Positions 11,138 through 19,080 of a stretch of 24,000 nucleotides of DNA are shown here, in pieces. A program made the translations under genes and the position numbers. The stretch is taken from contig DATENL010000081.1 in the NCBI GenBank assembly GCA_035275105.1, positions 10,087-34,086 on the forward strand, written 5' to 3'. Within the stretch, counting starts at the first letter, position 1. Every line of letters begins with the position of its first letter. The notes under the pieces were generated by a model. The model was not told the DNA's origin, did not search any database, and worked only from the letters and a program-made list of their open reading frames with translations. Source of the stretch: Thermoleophilaceae bacterium (lineage in GTDB: Bacteria; Actinomycetota; Thermoleophilia; Solirubrobacterales; Thermoleophilaceae).

Positions 11138-12138
11138 CAGACTCCCTCCTGTCGCCGGAAGAACATCCGGTAGGCATACACGAAGTAGCCGAGCGCCAGC
11201 ACCATGCCCAGCGGCCACCAGACGAGCGCGGTCGTGAGCGAGTGGTCGCCCGCCGCGGCGTTGTGCACCGTGAGCCCGAACGGGCGCCCGTCGTGCGCGG
11301 GCAGGACGTACGGGTAGAGCGCGGCCGCCATCGTCGTCAGGAGCCCGCCGATGAAGAGCGCCGACGCGGCAAACGCGCGCCCCCATGCGTCGCGGCGCTG
11401 CCAGACGATCATCCCGACGAGGGCGCCGGCCGCCAGCAGCGGGAACAGGAGCTTCCACGGCTGGTCGACGAGGTTCGTCAGCATCTCGTCGCGGACCGAG
11501 TACGTGGGGCCGATCATCGCCACGAACAGCACGGCCTCGGCCCACACGAGCCGGCGCGCCCACAGCCGCGCCCGGGCCGCGAGCTGGCCGGTCCCGCGCA
11601 GCGCCAGGAAGCTCGCGCCATGCGTGCACAGGACGACCAGCCCGAACGCGCCGACGAGCAGCGCGTACCAGTTGAGCGTCTCGAACAGAGGCAGGCTGAA
11701 GTAGCCGTCGGCGCCCAGCGGCACGCCCCGCACCACGTTCCCGAGCGCGACGCCGAACACCAGCGCCAGCGCGCCCGACGAGAGCGCGAAGACCGTGTCG
11801 CACGCCGTGCGCCACAGCGGATGATCCACCTGGTGCCGCAGCTCGAGCGCCAGCCCGCGCCCCACCAGCAGCCACAGCACGAGTATCAGCCCGAAGTAGA
11901 GCCCGCTGAACGAGCTGGCGTACGCCTTGGGGAACGCCATGAACAGCACGCCGCCGGCCGCGATCAGCCACACCTCGTTGCCGTTCCAGACCGGGCCGAT
12001 CGCCGCCGTGGCCTCCTCGCGCTCGCGCTCGTCGCGCGCCACGAGGAGGTGCAGCGCGCCGACGCCGAGGTCGAACCCGTCGAGGATCACGTAGATCGTG
12101 ACCATGGCCGCCAGGAACCAGAACCAGGCGGTCTCCAT
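11137..12138 (-). CDS. cydB: Cytochrome bd-type quinol oxidase subunit II
   Basis: METAWFWFLAAMVTIYVILDGFDLGVGAL and WNGNEVWLIAAG signatures, with a polytopic hydrophobic profile. The ATG at 12138 overlaps the cydA TGA (ATGA). Confidence 0.93.
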   Translation of the reverse strand: METAWFWFLAAMVTIYVILDGFDLGVGALHLLVARDEREREEATAAIGPVWNGNEVWLIAAGGVLFMAFPKAYASSFSGLYFGLILVLWLLVGRGLALELRHQVDHPLWRTACDTVFALSSGALALVFGVALGNVVRGVPLGADGYFSLPLFETLNWYALLVGAFGLVVLCTHGASFLALRGTGQLAARARLWARRLVWAEAVLFVAMIGPTYSVRDEMLTNLVDQPWKLLFPLLAAGALVGMIVWQRRDAWGRAFAASALFIGGLLTTMAAALYPYVLPAHDGRPFGLTVHNAAAGDHSLTTALVWWPLGMVLALGYFVYAYRMFFRRQEGV

Positions 12139-13547
12139 CAGGCGAGCTCCTCCGCCGCGCGCGTGGACGTGGTCGGCAGCTCGGGGTCGTCGGGGCCCTT
12201 GGCGACGATCCGGGCGATCAGGATCACGAACAGCAATCCGACGAACAGGTACAGGCCGGCGAACCCGAGCAGCGTGAAGATGCCCGTGCCCGCGGGCACG
12301 GAGTCGGCCGGGGACGCGGCGTCCTTCGTCCTCAGGAGCCCGTAAACGATCCACGGCTGGCGCCCCGTCTCCGCGGTCGTCCAGCCGGCGATGTTGGCGA
12401 TGTAGGTGAACGGGAACGCCAGCATCAGCGCCCAGAGCATCGGCCGCGAGGTGTGGAGCCGGCCGCGCCAGAGCAGGAACGCGGAGCCGAGCGCGATCAG
12501 CAGCAGCAGCGTGCCCAGCCCCACCATGATGTGGTACGCGTAGTAGACGAGCGGGACCGAGTCGGGCCACTCGTCCTCGCGGATGTCGTTGAGGCCCGTG
12601 GTCGTCGAGTCCCAGCGCTTGGACGTGAGGAACGACAGGAAGTGCGGCAGCCCGATCGACGAGTCGAGCCGCCGTTTCTCGGTGTCGGGGTTGCCGATGA
12701 TCACGAGCGGCGCGCCCTTCTCGGTCTCGAAGATGCCCTCCATCGCCGCGAAGGTCGCCGGCTGGTGCACCGAGACGTCGTGCGCCGCGCGGTCCCCGGT
12801 CGGGAAGATCTGGAGCACGCAGAAGATCAGCGCGCCGACCACGCCCACGCGAAGGCTGATCCGCGCGAAGCGGTGGTGGCGGTCGGTGAGCACGAAGAAC
12901 GCGCCCATCGCGGCGAGCACGAACGCGCCGGTGACGGCCGCGCCGCCCATGTTGTGCAGGTACTGCCAGCGCACCCACGGGTTCGTGACGAGCCCCCAGA
13001 AGGAGTCGAGCTGGACCTTGTCGCCGGCGCCGGAGTAGGCCACCGGGTGCTGCATCCAGGCGTTGGTGGCGATGATGAAGAAGCCCGACAGCCACGACCC
13101 CGCGAACACGAACAGCGCCGAGATCCAGTGCACCCGCGCGCTCACGCGCTCGCGGCCGGCCAGGAAGATCCCGAGGAAGACGGACTCGGCGAAGAACGCG
13201 AAGACGCCCTCCATCGCCAGCGTCTGCCCGATCACGCCGCCCGCGTAGTTGGAGAACCTCGCCCAGTTGGTGCCGAACTGGAACTCGAGCGGGATGCCGG
13301 TGACGACGCCGATCGCGAAGTTGACCGCGAAGATCTTGGCCCAGAAGCGGGCGCACGCCTCGTGGTCGGCCCGCTCCTCCTCGGTCTTGCGGAGGAGCGG
13401 GATCCGGTGGTCCTCGCGACCCAGGTAGGCGACCGACTTCAGCCACGCGATGAACAGCGCGAGGCCCATCGTGAGGATCGGGAACAGGTAGTGGAAGGTG
13501 ACCGTGAGCGTGAACTGCAGGCGGTCGACCAGTACGTGGCTGCTCAT
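12138..13547 (-). CDS. cydA: Cytochrome bd-type quinol oxidase subunit I
   Basis: 469-aa ORF. The N-terminus is RLQFTLTVTFHYLFP, followed by GIPLEFQFGTNW and the C-terminal signature GWTTAETGRQPWIVYGLLRT. Confidence 0.96.
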   Translation of the reverse strand: MSSHVLVDRLQFTLTVTFHYLFPILTMGLALFIAWLKSVAYLGREDHRIPLLRKTEEERADHEACARFWAKIFAVNFAIGVVTGIPLEFQFGTNWARFSNYAGGVIGQTLAMEGVFAFFAESVFLGIFLAGRERVSARVHWISALFVFAGSWLSGFFIIATNAWMQHPVAYSGAGDKVQLDSFWGLVTNPWVRWQYLHNMGGAAVTGAFVLAAMGAFFVLTDRHHRFARISLRVGVVGALIFCVLQIFPTGDRAAHDVSVHQPATFAAMEGIFETEKGAPLVIIGNPDTEKRRLDSSIGLPHFLSFLTSKRWDSTTTGLNDIREDEWPDSVPLVYYAYHIMVGLGTLLLLIALGSAFLLWRGRLHTSRPMLWALMLAFPFTYIANIAGWTTAETGRQPWIVYGLLRTKDAASPADSVPAGTGIFTLLGFAGLYLFVGLLFVILIARIVAKGPDDPELPTTSTRAAEELA

Positions 13548-13589
13548 CCGCGCGAGAAGCTACCTCGCGGCGCGGCATACTGGCGCGAA
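13548..13589. promoter_or_regulatory. 42-nt divergent cydA / AraC control region with back-to-back -10-like hexamers and a short inverted repeat
   Basis: TAGCTT on the minus strand (13557-13562) lies 9 nt from the cydA ATG. CATACT on the plus strand (13576-13581) lies 8 nt from the AraC ATG. An inverted repeat CGCGAG-N7-CTCGCG spans 13551-13569. Confidence 0.35.
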
Positions 13590-14024
13590 ATGGCGTTCGT
13601 CCCTCCGGCCCGGCACCTGCTCCGCGCGAAGGATCTCGCCGACGCGCGCTACTTCGAGCCGCTCGGGGTGGACGACATGGCGGGCGCGGCCGGCCTCTCC
13701 CGCGCCCACTTCAGCCGCGAGTTCCGCCGCGCCTTCGGCGAGCCGCCGCACGCCTACCTCCTGACGCGCCGGCTCGAGCGCGCCGCCGCCCTGCTCCGCA
13801 ACACCGATCGCTCGGTGGCCGACATCTGCTTCTCGGTCGGCCTCCAGAGCCTCGGCTCCTTCACCACGAGCTTCAGCCGCACCTACGGCATGTCGCCGAC
13901 CGCCTACCGCGCCGCCTACCCGCCCGCTGCCGAGCGCGCGCTGGTGCCGGCCTGCGTGGTCCGCGCGTACGCGCGGCCGCAACGCCGCACGTTTCGAGAA
14001 GACAGCCGCCCGCCGCGCGATTAG
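13590..14024 (+). CDS. AraC/XylS-family transcriptional regulator, HTH domain only (144 aa)
   Basis: Double HTH: GLSRAHFSREFRRAFGEPPHAYLLTRRLERAAALL and VADICFSVGLQSLGSFTTSFSRTYGMSPTAYR. ATG at 13590. The upstream part of track ORF 12453..14024 is a shadow of cydA. Confidence 0.85.
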   Translation: MAFVPPARHLLRAKDLADARYFEPLGVDDMAGAAGLSRAHFSREFRRAFGEPPHAYLLTRRLERAAALLRNTDRSVADICFSVGLQSLGSFTTSFSRTYGMSPTAYRAAYPPAAERALVPACVVRAYARPQRRTFREDSRPPRD

Positions 14025-14063
14025 CTTGGCGGCGCACCGTTTCCCGACACCGAGGAGCACCTG

Positions 14064-14495
14064 ATGATCTCGATCGCGAACGCCCAGCTGTGGGTCCACG
14101 ACCAGGACGAAGCGCTCGCCTTCTACACCGAGAAGCTCGGCATGGAGGTCCGCTCGGACGCCACGCTTCCCGAGATGGGCGACTTCCGCTGGCTCACCGT
14201 GAGCCCGCCGAGCCAGCCCGACCTGGCCATCGTGCTGATGGCGATCCCGGGCCCGCCGGTGATGGACGAGGACACGGCGGCGCAGGTCCGCGACCTGATG
14301 GCGAAGGGCTTCGCCGGCACCGTCTTCCTCAGGACCGACGACTGCCAGGCCTCATACGAGGAGCTCCGGGGGCGCGGCGTGGAGTTCACGGAGGAGCCGC
14401 AGGAGTACCCCTACGGCATCGACTCCGGCTTCCGGGACCCGTCCGGCAACGCCCTCCGGCTCACCCAGGTGCGCCAGGACTGGGACGCCGGCTGA
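14064..14495 (+). CDS. VOC (glyoxalase/bleomycin resistance/dioxygenase) family protein
   Basis: 143 aa, with a GAGGAG SD 6 nt upstream of the ATG. The sequence shows a typical VOC beta-alpha-beta-beta-beta pattern (AQLWVHDQDEALAFYTEKLGMEV ... YGIDSGFRDPSGNALRLTQ). Confidence 0.88.
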   Translation: MISIANAQLWVHDQDEALAFYTEKLGMEVRSDATLPEMGDFRWLTVSPPSQPDLAIVLMAIPGPPVMDEDTAAQVRDLMAKGFAGTVFLRTDDCQASYEELRGRGVEFTEEPQEYPYGIDSGFRDPSGNALRLTQVRQDWDAG

Positions 14496-14515
14496 CGGAG
14501 CGTCAGACCGCTCCG
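14492..14515. terminator. Possible bidirectional hairpin(s) at the convergent VOC/aminotransferase junction
   Basis: There are two alternative stems. CTGACG-gag-CGTCAG (14492-14506) contains both stop codons. CGGAGCG-tcagac-CGCTCCG (14496-14515) is a 7-bp stem. No U-tract. Confidence 0.3.
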
Positions 14516-15624
14516 GTGGCCTCGCGGAGTGCGCGCAGCAGTCGGTCCGTGGCCGCCCGGCCGCGGATCGACGCGCGCACGTGGTCGTCGGCGCCGAGCG
14601 GCGCGCCGGGCGCGACCAGCACCTTGGCCTCCTCCATGCCGGCGGCGAGCTGCGCGCCCGTCAGGCCCGTCGCGTGCAGCCAGACGAAGTTCGCCTCGGA
14701 CGGGGGTGCGTCCACGGGCAGATCGTGCAGCTCGTCCAGCAGGCGCGTGCGCTGCTCGACCACGAGCTCGCGGCGGCGCGCGATCTCGCTCTCGCCCATC
14801 TCGAGCGCGTACGTGATGCCGGCCTGGGTCAGGACGTTGATCCCGAGCGCCGGCGCGATCGAGGCGAGCAGCGACGCGTCGGCGGGCGAGGCGACCGCGT
14901 AGCCGGCGCGCAGGCCCGAGAGCCCGTAGACCTTCGAGAAGGTGCGGAACACGACTATGCGGGGGAACGCGTCGACCAGCCGCAGCACGGAGTCGCGCGC
15001 CTCGACGTCCTGGAACTCGATGTAGGCCTCGTCCACGAGCAGGTGCACGTGCTCGGGCAGCGCGCGGGCGAGCGCCGCGACCCGCTCGGCGGGCAGGTAG
15101 GTACCGGTCGGGTCGTTGGGGTTGCAGAGCACCACGGCTCGTGTGCGCTCCGTGACCGCTGCGAGCAGGGCGTCCGGGTCGACCGTGCCGGAGGCGAGAT
15201 CGACGGCCACGGGTCGAGCTCCGGCGCGCTGTGCCATCAGCGGGAAGAGGGGGTGGGAGGGCCACGGGGTGACGAGCTCGTCGCCCTGGCCGAGCAGCAC
15301 GAGCGCGGTCGCCTGGAGCAGCTCGGCGGCGCCGTTGCCGACCACGATCTGCTCGGCCTCGACCCCGTGGCGCTCGGCAAGCAGCCGCCTGACCTGGCCC
15401 GCGTGCCGGTCCGGGTAGTTGTTCACGCGACCGCGGGCCGCGTAGATGGCCGCGTTCATGATCTCCGAGTGCGGCATGTCGGGCCACTCGGTGTTGGTGA
15501 GGTCCATCGTCGGGACCTCGGCCAGCGCCAGCTCGCGCTCGCGGCGGCGGCGCTCGCGCAGGACGCGGTTGACGGACTCCTGGTCGACGTCGTCGAACTG
15601 GCGGTAGTAGTCGAGCAGGCCCAT
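14503..15624 (-). CDS. Histidinol-phosphate aminotransferase family (class I/II PLP-dependent) aminotransferase
   Basis: LCNPNDPTGTY motif and PLP-lysine block FRTFSKVYGLSGLRAGYAV, plus NNYPD near the N-terminus. Assignment to hisC itself cannot be made from sequence alone. Confidence 0.88.
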   Translation of the reverse strand: MGLLDYYRQFDDVDQESVNRVLRERRRRERELALAEVPTMDLTNTEWPDMPHSEIMNAAIYAARGRVNNYPDRHAGQVRRLLAERHGVEAEQIVVGNGAAELLQATALVLLGQGDELVTPWPSHPLFPLMAQRAGARPVAVDLASGTVDPDALLAAVTERTRAVVLCNPNDPTGTYLPAERVAALARALPEHVHLLVDEAYIEFQDVEARDSVLRLVDAFPRIVVFRTFSKVYGLSGLRAGYAVASPADASLLASIAPALGINVLTQAGITYALEMGESEIARRRELVVEQRTRLLDELHDLPVDAPPSEANFVWLHATGLTGAQLAAGMEEAKVLVAPGAPLGADDHVRASIRGRAATDRLLRALREATGAV

Positions 15625-15633
15625 CCGCCGCGG

Positions 15634-16110
15634 CTACTCCCGCGGGGCGAGCGTCGGACCCGGTCCCGTGAGGATGAAGAACCAGAACGCGAAGCCCGCG
15701 GCGGTGATCATCAGCGCGATGATCATGATCCGCTCGAGCGCGCCGCGCTCCTGCTGGATCCCGCCGGCGCGGCGGACCAGCTTCCATGCGTGGTCGACGC
15801 GCTTGGCGATCGCCAGGGTCACGAACAGCGTCAGGAGCATGCCGGCGAACGCGGTCACGATCCCGGCGCTGATCGAGTCGGTCCAGTACTTCACGTGCGA
15901 CCCGACCCAGAGCCAGCCCAGCGGCTGCGGCCCCCAGATCGACACGCAGAGCAGGATCTCGATCGCCAGCAGGAAGTAGGCGAAGCCCTGGTCGGCGCGC
16001 TGGCGGACCCGGCCCGCCTCGGGCGGCTTCGGCCGGTACCGCATCGGTGCGGTACCGGGGCGGCGGCCGATGAACAGCCCGCCGGTGTCCGTGGGATCGT
16101 TGCTCGCCAT
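15634..16110 (-). CDS. Hypothetical integral membrane protein (about 4 TM segments)
   Basis: 158 aa with hydrophobic stretches FAYFLLAIEILLCVSIW, GIVTAFAGMLLTLFVTLAI and IMIIALMITAAGFAFWFFIL. GC3-rich. It lies 9 nt upstream of the aminotransferase and 29 nt downstream of the acyl-CoA synthetase. Confidence 0.65.
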   Translation of the reverse strand: MASNDPTDTGGLFIGRRPGTAPMRYRPKPPEAGRVRQRADQGFAYFLLAIEILLCVSIWGPQPLGWLWVGSHVKYWTDSISAGIVTAFAGMLLTLFVTLAIAKRVDHAWKLVRRAGGIQQERGALERIMIIALMITAAGFAFWFFILTGPGPTLAPRE

Positions 16111-16139
16111 CCGCCGACTCTAGCTAGCTCGCCCGGAAC

Positions 16140-17933
16140 TCACGCCGCGTACAGCGCCTCGATCCGGTCGCCGTACTTCTCGGCCACCACGTTGCGCTTG
16201 ACCTTGAGCGTGGGCGTGAGCTCGCCGGTCGGCTGCGACAGGTCGTGCGGCAGGATCTCGAACTTCTTGATCTGCTCGACGCGGCCCACCTTCGCGTTCG
16301 TCTCGTCGATGGCGCGCTGGACCTCGGCGCGCATCTCGTCCGATCCGGCCACGTCCTCGGGCTTCAGGCCGTGCTGCTCCGCGAACGCCGGCACCTCCTC
16401 GGGGTCGAGCGTCACGAGCGCCACGAGGTAGGGACGGCGGTCGCCGATCACCACGCACTGCGAGACCCAGCGGCACTGCTTCACGTCGTTCTCCAGGTTC
16501 GCCGGGGTGATGTTCTTGCCGCCCGCGGTGATGATGATGTCCTTCTTGCGGCCGGTGATGTAGAGGAAGCCGTCGTCGTCGATCCGGCCGACGTCGCCGG
16601 TGTGCAGCCAGCCGCCCTCGAGCGCCTCGCGGGTCGCGTCCTCGTTGCGGTAGTACTCGCGGAAGATGTTCGCTCCGCGCAGCAGGATCTCGCCGTCGTC
16701 GGCGATCCTGATCTCGACGCCCGGCAGCGGCTTGCCCACCGAGCCGAGCCGGTACTCCTCGGGCCGGTTGACCGTCGCCGCGGTCGAGGTCTCGGTCATC
16801 CCCCAGCCCTCGAGCACCGGCACGCCGCAGGCGTAGAAGAACTCGAGGATCTCCTTGGCGATCGGCGCGGCGCCGCTCGCGCAGTAGCGCATCCGGCCGC
16901 CAAACAGCGCCCGGACGTTCTTGAACAGCTTCTCGTCCGCCTGGTCGAAGTGGGTCTGGAGCTCGGCCGGCACCTCCTCGCCGCGCTCGCGCATCTGGCG
17001 GACGCGCATGCCCACGTCGACGGCCTTGCGCAGCAGCTCGGGATCCTCCGCGTTCGACATCGCGAGCGTGTAGAGCTTCTCGAAGATCCGCGGCACCGAC
17101 GGGAAGTAGGTCGGCTTGACCTCCATCAGGTTGGGGATCACCTTCTGCGGGTCCTTCTCCCAGTAGGCGAGCACGCTGCCGAGGTCGAGCGACAGGAACT
17201 GGATCAGCAGGGCGAACGAGTGCGCCAGCGGCAGGAAGAGGTAGATCACCTCGTCCGCCTGGAGCGTGCCCTCGCGGAAGATCATCTCCCGGATCGACGC
17301 GTAGTTGCCGTGCGTGAGCACGCAGCCCTTGGGCGGGCCCGTCGTGCCGGACGTGTAGATGAAGACGCACGGGTCCTCGGGCGTGACGCCCTCGATCCGC
17401 TGCTCCCACTCCGACGCGTCGCGACCGCGACCGCGCTCGCGCAGCTCGTCGAGGCTGAGCGCGTCGCCCAGGTCGAGGCCTTCCTCCGGCGCCATGACGA
17501 TGACGTGCTCGAGGTTCGGGAGCTCGCCCTCGACCTGGCGGATCTTGGCGAGCTGCTCGCCGTCCTCCACGAACACCGCGCGCGACTCGGAGTGGTCGAG
17601 CACGTAGTGGCACTCCTCCGGCGAGTTGGTCTGGTAGATCGAGACCGACGTGGCGCCGGCGGTGAGGATGCCGAAGTTGACGAGCGTCCACTCGGGGCGC
17701 GTGTGGCTGAGGATCGCGACGCGCTCACGCGGCTGGATGCCGATGTCGACGAGCCCGAGAGCGATCTCGCGGACCGCCTCGCCGACCTCGTCGTACGAGA
17801 TGTCGCGCCACTCGTCGCCGGCCTTGTAGCGAAGCGCGGGCTTACCGGAGTGCTTGGCGACGTCGGCCGGCAGCTGCGCGGCCATGGTGCTCGTGCCGGT
17901 GCCGAACTCTCGAGCGGAGACGGCTGCTTCCAT
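16140..17933 (-). CDS. Long-chain fatty acid-CoA ligase (AMP-forming acyl-CoA synthetase, FadD-like)
   Basis: AMP-binding motif IYTSGTTGPPKGCVLTH, EGWGMTETS, TGDVGRIDDDGFLYITGRKKD, and a C-terminal KKFEILP...TPTLKVKR block. The ATG at 17933 is preceded by GGGAGGA 4 nt upstream. Confidence 0.93.
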   Translation of the reverse strand: MEAAVSAREFGTGTSTMAAQLPADVAKHSGKPALRYKAGDEWRDISYDEVGEAVREIALGLVDIGIQPRERVAILSHTRPEWTLVNFGILTAGATSVSIYQTNSPEECHYVLDHSESRAVFVEDGEQLAKIRQVEGELPNLEHVIVMAPEEGLDLGDALSLDELRERGRGRDASEWEQRIEGVTPEDPCVFIYTSGTTGPPKGCVLTHGNYASIREMIFREGTLQADEVIYLFLPLAHSFALLIQFLSLDLGSVLAYWEKDPQKVIPNLMEVKPTYFPSVPRIFEKLYTLAMSNAEDPELLRKAVDVGMRVRQMRERGEEVPAELQTHFDQADEKLFKNVRALFGGRMRYCASGAAPIAKEILEFFYACGVPVLEGWGMTETSTAATVNRPEEYRLGSVGKPLPGVEIRIADDGEILLRGANIFREYYRNEDATREALEGGWLHTGDVGRIDDDGFLYITGRKKDIIITAGGKNITPANLENDVKQCRWVSQCVVIGDRRPYLVALVTLDPEEVPAFAEQHGLKPEDVAGSDEMRAEVQRAIDETNAKVGRVEQIKKFEILPHDLSQPTGELTPTLKVKRNVVAEKYGDRIEALYAA

Positions 17934-17987
17934 CGATCCTCCCTGGGAGCTTGCGGGGAGGTTCGATTCTATGTGGGACCGAGCGCT

Positions 17988-18173
17988 CTAGGCGCTGGCG
18001 AGCTGGGGCCCGACGGTCTTGCTCTGAGCTTCCTTCAGCGAGGACAGGAAGAGGGTCTTGTCGATCCGTCCCTGGAAGATCGGCACTCCGAGCTCCATGC
18101 ACTTCACGATGACTTCTCGGCGGTGCATGCCCGCTTCACGCGCGAGCTCGGTGGGCGTCAGGTGGATCGCCAT
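17988..18173 (-). CDS. Small (61 aa) HTH-like protein, resembling IF2_N / Rho_N-type helix-hairpin domains
   Basis: MAIHLTPTELAREAGMHRREVIVKCMELGVPIFQGRIDKTLF... matches the ELAxElG...evi..l.elG pattern of IF2_N-like domains (from memory). The ATG at 18173 is preceded by GGAGGGAGA. The upstream part of track ORF 17988..18332 is rejected. Confidence 0.65.
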   Translation of the reverse strand: MAIHLTPTELAREAGMHRREVIVKCMELGVPIFQGRIDKTLFLSSLKEAQSKTVGPQLASA

Positions 18174-18212
18174 GGAGTTTGTCTCCCTCCGTCGCTTACG
18201 ATCGCCATCGGC

Positions 18213-18241
18213 ATTGTTACCTCTTCCGGCGGACGGCGCAA
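18213..18241 (-). promoter_or_regulatory. Candidate sigma-70-type promoter for the small HTH-like gene
   Basis: On the minus strand, TTGCGC (18241-18236), a 16-17-nt spacer, then TAACAAT (18219-13). This would give a leader of about 30-35 nt containing the SD. Weak hexamers. Confidence 0.25.
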
Positions 18242-18271
18242 CGGTTCCGGCGCAAAATGCGCGGTTTCCGG
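18224..18271. promoter_or_regulatory. Three TTCCGG hexamers phased at exactly 21 bp (candidate operator array)
   Basis: TTCCGG occurs at 18224-18229, 18245-18250 and 18266-18271. Read on the gene strand this is CCGGAA-N15-CCGGAA-N15-CCGGAA, ending next to the candidate -10. Confidence 0.5.
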
Positions 18272-18294
18272 GCCTAAATCGCCGCCGAGGACGC

Positions 18295-19080
18295 CTACAC
18301 GGGGTTCGGGATCTCGACGAAGGTGTGAGCAAGGCCGAAGCGCTCCGCCAGGAGCTCTCCCAGGCGCCGGACGCCGAACGTCTCGGTCGCGTAGTGGCCG
18401 CATGCGAGGAATGCGACCCCGGTCTCGCGGGCGTCGGCCATCGCGGGCTCCTCGGGCTCGCCCGTGAGCAGGGCGTCGAGCCCGAGGCCGATCGCGTCGG
18501 CCATCGTCCCGCCGCCGCCGCCCGAGACGATCCCGACGGTGCTCACCGGGCGCCCGTCGCCCTCGAACACCAGCGGGTCGCGCCCGAAGGTCGAGCAGCA
18601 GCGCTCGGCGAGCGCCTCGAGCGCGAGCGGCTCGCCGGCGTGCCCCACGAACCCGACCGCACGGCCACGCGCCTCGCCGAACGGCTCGCCGCGGGCCAGA
18701 CCCAGCCGCTCGCATATCAGGGCGTTGTTGCCGACCTCGGGGTGCGCGTCGAGCGGGAGGTGGTAGGCCGCGAGGGACATGTCGGCGTCGAACAACGGCA
18801 CGAGGCGGCCCTTCATGCGCGCGTCGATCGGCGCCGGGCCGGAGCCCCAGAGGATGCCGTGGTGGCACAGCACCATGTCCGCGCCGGCCTCCGCCGCGCG
18901 CTCGAACAGCTCGCGGTGGGCGGAGACGCCCGTGACGACGTGGTCGACCTCGTCCGCCCCGGTGACCTGTAGCCCGTTCGGGCCGTAGTCGTCGAAGCTC
19001 GCCACTTCTAGCAGCTCGTCGAGGAAGGCGATCAGCTCGTCGCGGCCGGCCACGCCCGCAACGTTAACCTCCGGCCGCAT
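18295..19080 (-). CDS. NIF3-family dinuclear metal centre protein (YbgI/GTP cyclohydrolase 1 type 2 homologue)
   Basis: DDYGPNGLQV, VLCHHGILWG, YHLPLDAHPEVGNN and ACGHYATETFG motifs. ATG 19080 is preferred as start. GTG 19053 is possible. The track start 19131 (GTG) uses rare AGG/AAA codons and overlaps a better-looking plus-strand ORF. Confidence 0.87.
   Translation of the reverse strand: MRPEVNVAGVAGRDELIAFLDELLEVASFDDYGPNGLQVTGADEVDHVVTGVSAHRELFERAAEAGADMVLCHHGILWGSGPAPIDARMKGRLVPLFDADMSLAAYHLPLDAHPEVGNNALICERLGLARGEPFGEARGRAVGFVGHAGEPLALEALAERCCSTFGRDPLVFEGDGRPVSTVGIVSGGGGGTMADAIGLGLDALLTGEPEEPAMADARETGVAFLACGHYATETFGVRRLGELLAERFGLAHTFVEIPNPV

Noticed and set aside
16111-16139. CTAGCTAG palindrome in the spacer between the acyl-CoA synthetase and the membrane protein genes.
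   Set aside because: It is a single short palindrome with no repeat partner or obvious structural context, so there is too little to interpret.
18258-18290. Possible degenerate third copy of the 46-nt element (cgGTTTCCGGgCC..TAaATCGCCGC).
   Set aside because: Similarity is limited to the inner part and requires indels. The diagnostic outer arms GTGGCACG/CGTGCCAC are absent. I treat the shared TTCCGG as a motif-level resemblance only.
14411-18467. Long ORFs 14411..15787 (minus), 14581..16431 (plus), 16120..17691 (minus) and 16245..18467 (plus).
   Set aside because: These are shadow frames over the aminotransferase, membrane protein and acyl-CoA synthetase genes, with Arg/Gly/Asp-rich repetitive translations.
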